A DNA stretch of 64,000 nt from Eledone cirrhosa (lineage: Eukaryota): NCBI GenBank assembly GCA_964016885.1, contig OZ024751.1, positions 16,988,001 to 17,052,000 of the forward strand, read 5' to 3'. A program made the position numbers and the translations under genes. The notes below the pieces were generated by a model that worked only from the letters and a program-made list of their open reading frames with translations, made no database searches and was not told the origin of the DNA. Below are positions 56,728 to 64,000 of this stretch, piece after piece; positions within the stretch are counted from its first letter, which is position 1, and every line of letters starts with the position of its first letter.

Positions 56728-57835
56728 CTGGGGTGTCAGGGAGGGGCATGTACCTCTGTAGAGGGGGGCTAGCCAGGCCCTTTTCAGGACAGCCCGTCCT
56801 GCATTGGGTCCCACCTGACAGTCAGCTTTCCCCCGTGGCTCCAAGAAGCTGTAGCATGCGACAGCATCCACACCCCGGTAAACTGCCTTGGCTGGTGGGC
56901 CGAACGAGGTTGAGGTTAGCCGGATGGGTCTGAAAACCCCCGGTGGGTTAGATAGGGGATGCCTACCTCTCCATGCGAAGACTGGACCCGGCGGAGTGAG
57001 TGGAGGAGGACAACAACATCCCAACGGTCACGAAGGCGGCGACAGCAAGCCGTATGGAGCGCTAGGGCACTGCAAGGCACTACAGACGTCGTGGCCATCC
57101 ACTGAATCAAGGAAGTTCCTGGTTGTGACGGACCTCCGTACCACCAGATTCTAGCTTCTGCGGCCGACTGAGTGTGATCGTCACTGTGTACTGGCCCTCC
57201 CCCTATAAACCTTTCCCGCACAGGTTTCTTCTTTAGCGTGCACTCCCAAAGCCCTGCGGCGATGGACGAGAGGCGGAGGTAACAGGTGGAGGTAACCTCT
57301 GGGAGTTGCCAGTCTCAAACCCGCACGTGGGCGGCTTGGATGCGCAAGGCGTTCTCCTCCTGACCCTGGGATGACAGAGATCAGGCGTTCCACCGGGCGA
57401 CTGAGCAGCCCTTTTCAGGGGAGCAATGCTCACCCTCGCACGAGGGGAGGGGCGATAAAAAGGTGCCCTAACCAGATGCTCGTCCCACACAAAGCCGGTC
57501 AGTCTACCGCGGCTGGCGGTTTTAAGTCCAGCATCAACAACACTGGTATCGCCGCAAAACAACCCGAGTCCCATGCTCAGGACAGGACTGAATGGCGAGT
57601 CCTTACCAGACGCGCCAAAGATTCTTTTGAAGAGAAGAGACGGGCAGAGGTCACTGAGGCCCGTGAGAGGAGAAAAGCATCAGCAGCAGCCCCAAGCGAG
57701 TCCGGTCTCTTCCCCTGTCCCCACTGTCCTCGGACCTGCAAGTCACAGATCGGCCTCCACAGCCACATTTGCGCCCATGGCAGACGGGACAACAATGAAG
57801 AAGATGTCATCATCGTTTACGATGGACAACCAAGA
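56728..57835 (+). mobile_element. Internally deleted (non-autonomous) RTE-like element
   Basis: GC-rich UTR-like 5' part joined at about 57520 to an RTE-type C-terminus: AQDRTEWR...ARERRK...FPCPHCPRTCKSQIGLHSHICAH (C2H2). Confidence 0.75.
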
Positions 57836-57888
57836 AAGAAGAATTATGCATATACGTTTACATAAGAATTGATTAAGTTAATACTCAC

Positions 57889-58157
57889 CTAGATTTAATA
57901 ATTCCACAGTAAAAACATATATACCTGAGTTTAGATATATAGTCCACGATTGCCTGAATATCAAATACAGAGGAAATATTTATCAGGAAATAACTAGTCA
58001 CGAAAGAATAGCTTGTTGTTTCATCATTGCGTGGCATGTGTGGTTGACTTATTTGAGTATCAGGAGTAGTAGATTTAATCATTGAGTAACAAGAATTATT
58101 CGGTAATTCATGTGGTTTAAAACCACAAGAGACTTGGTTGCTTGTAGTAGAGACCAC
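57889..58157 (-). other. Candidate host exon (weak C-type-lectin-like pattern)
   Basis: Branch-like TACTGAC, acceptor TAG at 58160-58158, open frame, donor AG|GTGAGT at 57889/57888. Confidence 0.3.
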
Positions 58158-58490
58158 CTAATGCAAGCTATCGGGTCAGTACTCTAGATACTGTCAATAT
58201 TTGGGAACCTTGGAAAAGAGAGACCTTCCTCTCATTAGTCTTGGAAACGAACAAGAAAGTTTTATTTGCTCTTCCTTAAATTTAAGCAATACGAAACATA
58301 TAAAGTAACCCATACTTTTCTATATCTGAGGCAAAACTAATTCATGTATTCTGACCTTTGTGGTCTAGTCACATTTATGTCTAGTGAAATGGAAATTTAG
58401 TTATATTATATCACACATCAATATACAAATTAACATAATACTGACCTGTCGATGGCTCAGTCTGATGCATATGTATTGCGTATAACGTAT

Positions 58491-58678
58491 AATTGTTTCT
58501 ACTTTTGGCACAAGGCCAGCAATTACTCAGTACATTACTGGTACTTTATTTTATCGACCCTGTAAGGATGAAAGGCAAAGTTGACCTCGATGGGATTTGA
58601 ACTCAGACCGTAAAGGGACGTAACTATGCTAGAAATAATGGTGTCCAACCCTCTACGGATACTGCCAATTCACCGCCC
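58491..58678 (-). mobile_element. tRNA-derived SINE
   Basis: Same family as 6499-6686. Confidence 0.9.
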
Positions 58679-60494
58679 TATAATAAATCATGATATGGCG
58701 GCCGACGAAGTTAATACTTTAGGAAAATCATGCCATGATTGATATACTATATTACATTTCATTCATGCCTGAATACTTGTGTAAAATAAAGAAAAACGCC
58801 CCCTTGATCTTTGGTGTGATTGTAGAGGCACCCTAATGACACATGGTTGGAACGCAGCAAACTCCTTTCATAGAAAGACAAGACGGGTGCTTTATTTATT
58901 TACCCAGGAAGAAGGAAAGGTAAAGTTGACTTCAGTGTGATTTGAATTCAGAGCACAGTGAACCAGAACAAATATTTTAAAGTCATACAGGATGTATTCG
59001 AATTACCAAATTTTTTAGTAAATACAATTATTCTTAGAAAATAATTAAAAAGCAAGAAATGTAGTTGTTATCCTACAATAATTAAATACCGAGGGAAGGC
59101 CATATAATTACATAGCTGTCTAACATCTTTAATGTGCAGTTAAGTCTGCAAACTAAAATTTTAAGAATTCCAACGAGCTTAATGTCCTTGAGTACCGCCA
59201 TATATAAGCGACAATCAAATTCTATATTTGATACTTCATTATTCTTAAGATATCATCAATCACATACAAAAGGGCCCGTGTTAGTGTTTAGGGTCATGAG
59301 TATGATTTCGGGGCAGCAAACTGGGTCCCTTGAGCAAGAGTCTTTCTTGCATGTTGCTCTGGTTCAGTTAGCTCTATATGTGTCATTCAAAGATTCAGCT
59401 TTGTCAAACACTGTTTCAAGTTGAGTCTCTTCGTAAATTACGTTAAGGACGTACGTATTAGTTCCGTTTATCAAACAATAGCTACAGAAATCGTCAGAAA
59501 CGACGGAGACCCTTTAGCATCATCAATTATATTACGTTGACGTGGTTGTGTACACATTATATATAATGATCATACGAAGATAATTCAAACTAAAACAAGA
59601 ATCGACATTTTTATTAATTTTTCGCAGATCATTATATTTCCTTATTGAATGCTAACATGGTACATTATGCCAATGTATAATAATAGACAGTCATAAATGT
59701 CGATTTTACCAATTTAGAAGCCAAACTCGTTTCCATTTGAATCCGGTCATTTTCATTTCCTATGTTATTGTAAAAAGAACTTAAATCTTGCAGTGTTAAT
59801 TCCTGTCGCTCTAAATAGAAACCATAGACATATAGATTATGGAAGATCTGAAGCTTAGTTGTTAGCATGTTTGGCTCATGATCTGTGTGTGATTGAAGAA
59901 GATGCTTTATTTCAAGTTGCTCCAATCCAGTTGACAATAATCAGTTGCATATGTAATTCAAAGAGCCAGCCTTTGCCACGCATGGTGTCACGCTGAAGCA
60001 ATCTGAAAACTGCGTTGTGGGTACACGTGGTGCTGAATGCTCTCAAGAAGACTGTTCCGTAGTTTAAACAATTAGAACATTCATCTTCGTAACCGATGAA
60101 GGTCCAAAACTTAGCAGGAGTTAGTGTATTGTTAATTTAGAATTTAGACTTTAGACTTTGGTTATGCCGTGAAACGTATATAAAAAAGGTATCGGCGGTA
60201 CATATTACCGCTCTGAGTTCAAATTGCGCCGAGGGAAAATGTGCCTTATATCCTTTGAATCTCAATAAATGATGTGGCAGACTAGTACAAGTGTCCAGCT
60301 TTCTCCTACCTCTTTTTAATAATTTGCCTCTCCCTCTGGGAGAAATTGGCTGTATTCAATCTTGCTAAGAATAGGGTTCTCTAGATTTCAAATGCTTAAA
60401 AATACTTTGTGTCAAGACGAAACTACAGAAGTGAAGGACCGTTTAACTATTATATATATATAGTGTATTATGTTTCATCACGTGCTTCTGAGAG

Positions 60495-60710
60495 GGCGTT
60501 GGATTGGCAGATTCATTAGACCATCGAACAAAACGGTTTGGGACATGTATTTACCGCATTTTACGATTCTGTGGTAACCCCCGCCCCGATGTCAAACTTC
60601 GGTTTCATCATTCTCTGATTGATAAAATAAAAGACCAACAATTTGCTGGTGTCAATATCATTGAACATCCCCTAAACCCTAAAATTATCGACTATGTGCC
60701 TTAATTAATA
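60495..60710 (+). mobile_element. Old, diverged SINE copy (further remnants about 58890-58950 minus and 60205-60270 plus)
   Basis: GGGCGTTGGATTGGCAG head and TTTCATCATTCTCTGATTGATAAAATAAA body resemble the family. Confidence 0.6.
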
Positions 60711-61000
60711 ACCATTACCTGCATCTTGACGTTACCGGTGGGAAGACATGAAACCTGTTTCTGAAAACGAGGATACTTAATGTCAGTTTTTATGTTCAGT
60801 TGAAACCAAAATACGTTATTCACAGTTTTGATTCACACAATTTTCTCTGCAAATTTTATACTATGAAGACAAATTCTTTTTGGATCAACCTTTATATATA
60901 TTTCTGGATAACACAAGCAATATGATGGAATTCACAGTGGGTAAAAGGAACCATCAGAACCATAAAATGGTTTACTGAAACACCAACAATAATATTCCTT

Positions 61001-61360
61001 GACACACACACACCACACCACACCACACACACACCACACTACACCACACACACACCACACTACACCACATACACACACACACCACACCACACACACACAC
61101 ACCACACCACACCACACCACACCACACCACACACACACCACACTAGACCACATACACACACACACCACACCACACACACACCACACCACACCACATCACA
61201 CCACACCACACTACACCACATACACACACACACACCACACCACACACACACACACCACACCACACCACATCACACCACACCACACTACACCACATACACC
61301 CACACACGCACACACACAAACACACATGCACACACGCACACACGCACACACACACGCGCA
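61001..61360. repeat. (CACCA)n/(CA)n microsatellite
   Basis: Directly visible. Confidence 0.95.
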
Positions 61361-61457
61361 CAAGTAGAACATTTGCAAACACGTCCGCTGCGGCAACCCA
61401 AATCATCTTCACAGCTTTGTGTACACAAATTATAGTTACATTGAATATTCAAGTGTC

Positions 61458-62353
61458 TTTTGTGGTTATGAAAACGGAAAAGGAAGAGAAATGCAAGGGC
61501 TTTTGTGGTTATGAAAACGGAAAAGGAAGAGAAATGCAAGGGCTTTTGTGGTATGAAAGCGGAAAAGGAAGAGAAATGCAAGGGCTTTTGTGGTTATGAA
61601 AACGGAAAAGGAAGAGAAATGCAAGGGCTTTTGTGGTTATGAAAACGGAAAAGGAAGAGAAATGCAAGGGCTTTTGTGGTATGAAAGCGGAAAAGGAAGA
61701 GAAATGCAAGGGCTTTTGTGGTTATGAAAACGGAAAAGGAAGAGAAATGCAAGGGCTTTTGTGGTATGAAAGCGGAAAAGGAAGAGAAATGCAAGGGCTT
61801 TTGTGGTTATGAAAACGGAAAAGGAAGAGAAATGCAAGGGCTTTTGTGGTTATGAAAACGGAAAAGGAAGAGAAATGCAAGGGCTTTTGTGGTTATGAAA
61901 GCGGAAAAGGAAGAGAAATGCAAGGGCTTTTGTGGTATGAAAGCGGAAAAGGAAGAGAAATGCAAGGGCTTTTGTGGTTATGAAAACGGAAAAGGAAGAG
62001 AAATGCAAGGGCTTTTGTGGTATGAAAGCGGAAAAGGAAGAGAAATGCAAGGGCTTTTGTGGTTATGAAAACGGAAAAGGAAGAGAAATGCAAGGGCTTT
62101 TGTGGTTATGAAAACGGAAAAGGAAGAGAAATGCAAGGGCTTTTGTGGTTATGAAAACGGAAAAGGAAGAGAAATGCAAGGGCTTTTGTGGTTATGAAAA
62201 CGGAAAAGGAAGAGAAATGCAAGGGCTTTTGTGGTTATGAAAACGGAAAAGGAAGAGAAATGCAAGGGCTTTTGTGGTTATGAAAACGGAAAAGGAAGAG
62301 AAATGCAAGGGCTTTTGTGGTATGAAAACGGAAAAGGAAGAAATGCAAGGGCT
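61458..62353. repeat. 43-bp minisatellite, about 21 copies
   Basis: Unit TTTTGTGGTTATGAAAACGGAAAAGGAAGAGAAATGCAAGGGC with a 42-bp variant (GGTATGAAAGCGG). Confidence 0.97.
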
Positions 62354-62654
62354 CCAGTGTCACAGAATAATAATGGGGATGGGAAAGGGGAGGGTTTGGG
62401 GCCTAGGGTGTGGGGGTATTGAGGCTGCATCCCATGGAGAAACCTGCAAAATTATATTATCGAAGTTTTGTCTTAAGATTAGACTGCCGGTGAACAGGAT
62501 GCACGGAGTAGCTAAACATATTCCTCTGGTCCTTTTTCTGTTTATTCTGTATTTTGTCTATTATTCGTGTCTTTTACAGTTCTTTAGTTAGATTATCATC
62601 TTTTTGTTAGTTAGGTATCGATATATTAGTTTATGATGATATCATTATTTTTAA

Positions 62655-62845
62655 GGGTGGTGGATTGGTAGTATCAGTAGAGGGTTGGACGCCATGCTTT
62701 GCAGCAAAGAGTTACCTCCCTTTATGGTCTGAGTTCATATACCGCCGAGGTTAACTTTGCCTTTCATCCTTACGGGGTCGATAAAATAAAGTACCAGTAA
62801 TGCACTGGGATAATTGCTGGCCTTGTGCCAAAAGTAGAAACAATT
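62655..62845 (+). mobile_element. tRNA-derived SINE
   Basis: Same family as 6499-6686. Confidence 0.9.
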
Positions 62846-62914
62846 ATTTCTACAGCCGAGTTTCAGTACAACTAGTGCATAATATTCCATTCTATGCATT
62901 ACACTCTTAACATT

Positions 62915-63126
62915 TACTTCTTCTTCTTCGGCCGAGTTCACACTCGTAAATATTCAGCACTCCTTCTCCAATTGTTCCGGTCGAGCATAACATTTCTCAG
63001 TTCATCGATATTATCAATGTTGACATCTCTCAGCAGGGTGTCAACGTATAAGACGAGCTGCCCTCCCACGCTTCTTCGTCCGACCGCAGGTTTCCAGAGA
63101 ACAAATTATGATGCTATCTCTTCTGG
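62915..63126 (-). mobile_element. 3' end of RTE/RTE-X-like LINE with (GAA)n tail
   Basis: Minus-strand translation VLWKPAVGRRSVGG..LYVDTLLRD...LRNVMLDRNNWR resembles the end of 40683-41195. Confidence 0.65.
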
Positions 63127-63449
63127 ATGATGGATGCAGTGCCCAGCCAGTTTCATTCGTCTGCAAGCAACTCTTTTTGAGACTAGTTATAATGATCTGT
63201 ATAGTTCCATATTTAAATGAAATGAACATATAACTGAATTCCAACGAGGCTATATTTCATAGGACGTTTGTTGGGTATTTTAACGATAAGTGTCTAACTT
63301 TCCACCGGTTCCGCAGGGCAGCCAATGCGTGGGCTTCCATTTGCAAATAATGAGAAATGGGGAATGCGAGAGTGACGCAGGCAGTGAGAGACAGAGAGAC
63401 AACAGACATATTTCAGTTCGAGTATATTGAATGAATTGAATCGTTTGAT

Positions 63450-63524
<75 letters not shown>

Positions 63525-63546
63525 GGTAAACATTGATGCTATTCAA

Positions 63547-63620
63547 GCTGTCTGATGATGACACGACATTGGCACACAGAACAGCGTGGCCAGTGTCGTC
63601 ACTGAAATATATATCACAGC
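63547..63620 (+). ncRNA. Type I hammerhead in a 150-bp island within (TA)n
   Basis: GCTGT CTGATGA ....ACGACATTGGC...GCCAGTGTCGT.... GAA ATATATAT C ACAGC; base of stem II mismatched; triplet ATC. Confidence 0.72.
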
Positions 63621-63667
63621 ATTATTATTAAAGGACTTGAACATCTGAAACTACTTCGCTTTTCCTT

Positions 63668-63785
<118 letters not shown>

Positions 63786-63928
63786 TATATACACACACAC
63801 ACATATGTATATTTATTAAAACAACAGATTAAAGTATAAGCAAAGAATCGCTGCTTTCACCCTTAATATATATATTATCCTTATCGAGCCCTCTTCGGAT
63901 TTTAGTCTTCACATTTCTTATTATGACT

Positions 63929-63977
<49 letters not shown>

Positions 63978-64000
63978 TTAAGGATACTATTTATGGTTAT

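Noticed and set aside
59665-59937. 90-aa minus-strand ORF as host exon
   Set aside because: No recognisable domain and no convincing splice boundaries.
61458-62353. CRISPR-like regular repeat
   Set aside because: Head-to-tail units with no unique spacers, no cas genes, eukaryotic context.

Overview
AT-rich eukaryotic non-coding DNA, most consistent with a coleoid cephalopod (octopus-like) genome; this is inferred from the SINE family and the microsatellite load. No intact host gene is recognisable, and almost all long ORFs are translations of (TA)n/(CA)n tracts. Multi-kb (TA)n-derived tracts hold Penelope-like element (PLE) remnants: two GIY-YIG coding remnants and many solo pLTR-like islands. 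Also present are RTE-clade and CRE-like LINE fragments, about 11 copies of a tRNA-derived SINE, and a 43-bp minisatellite. By manual folding I count about 28 type I hammerhead ribozyme (HHR) motifs from roughly a dozen unrelated sequence families. Many sit in palindromes that share one polarity: 5' ends meet at the centre and 3' ends run out into (TA)n. The most striking is a near-perfect 4+4 inverted array of a 310-bp HHR-bearing, retrozyme-like unit (19953-22506). Several HHRs have atypical cores (U3:A8, A4) or 70-115 nt stem II domains. All folds were done by eye and are untested.
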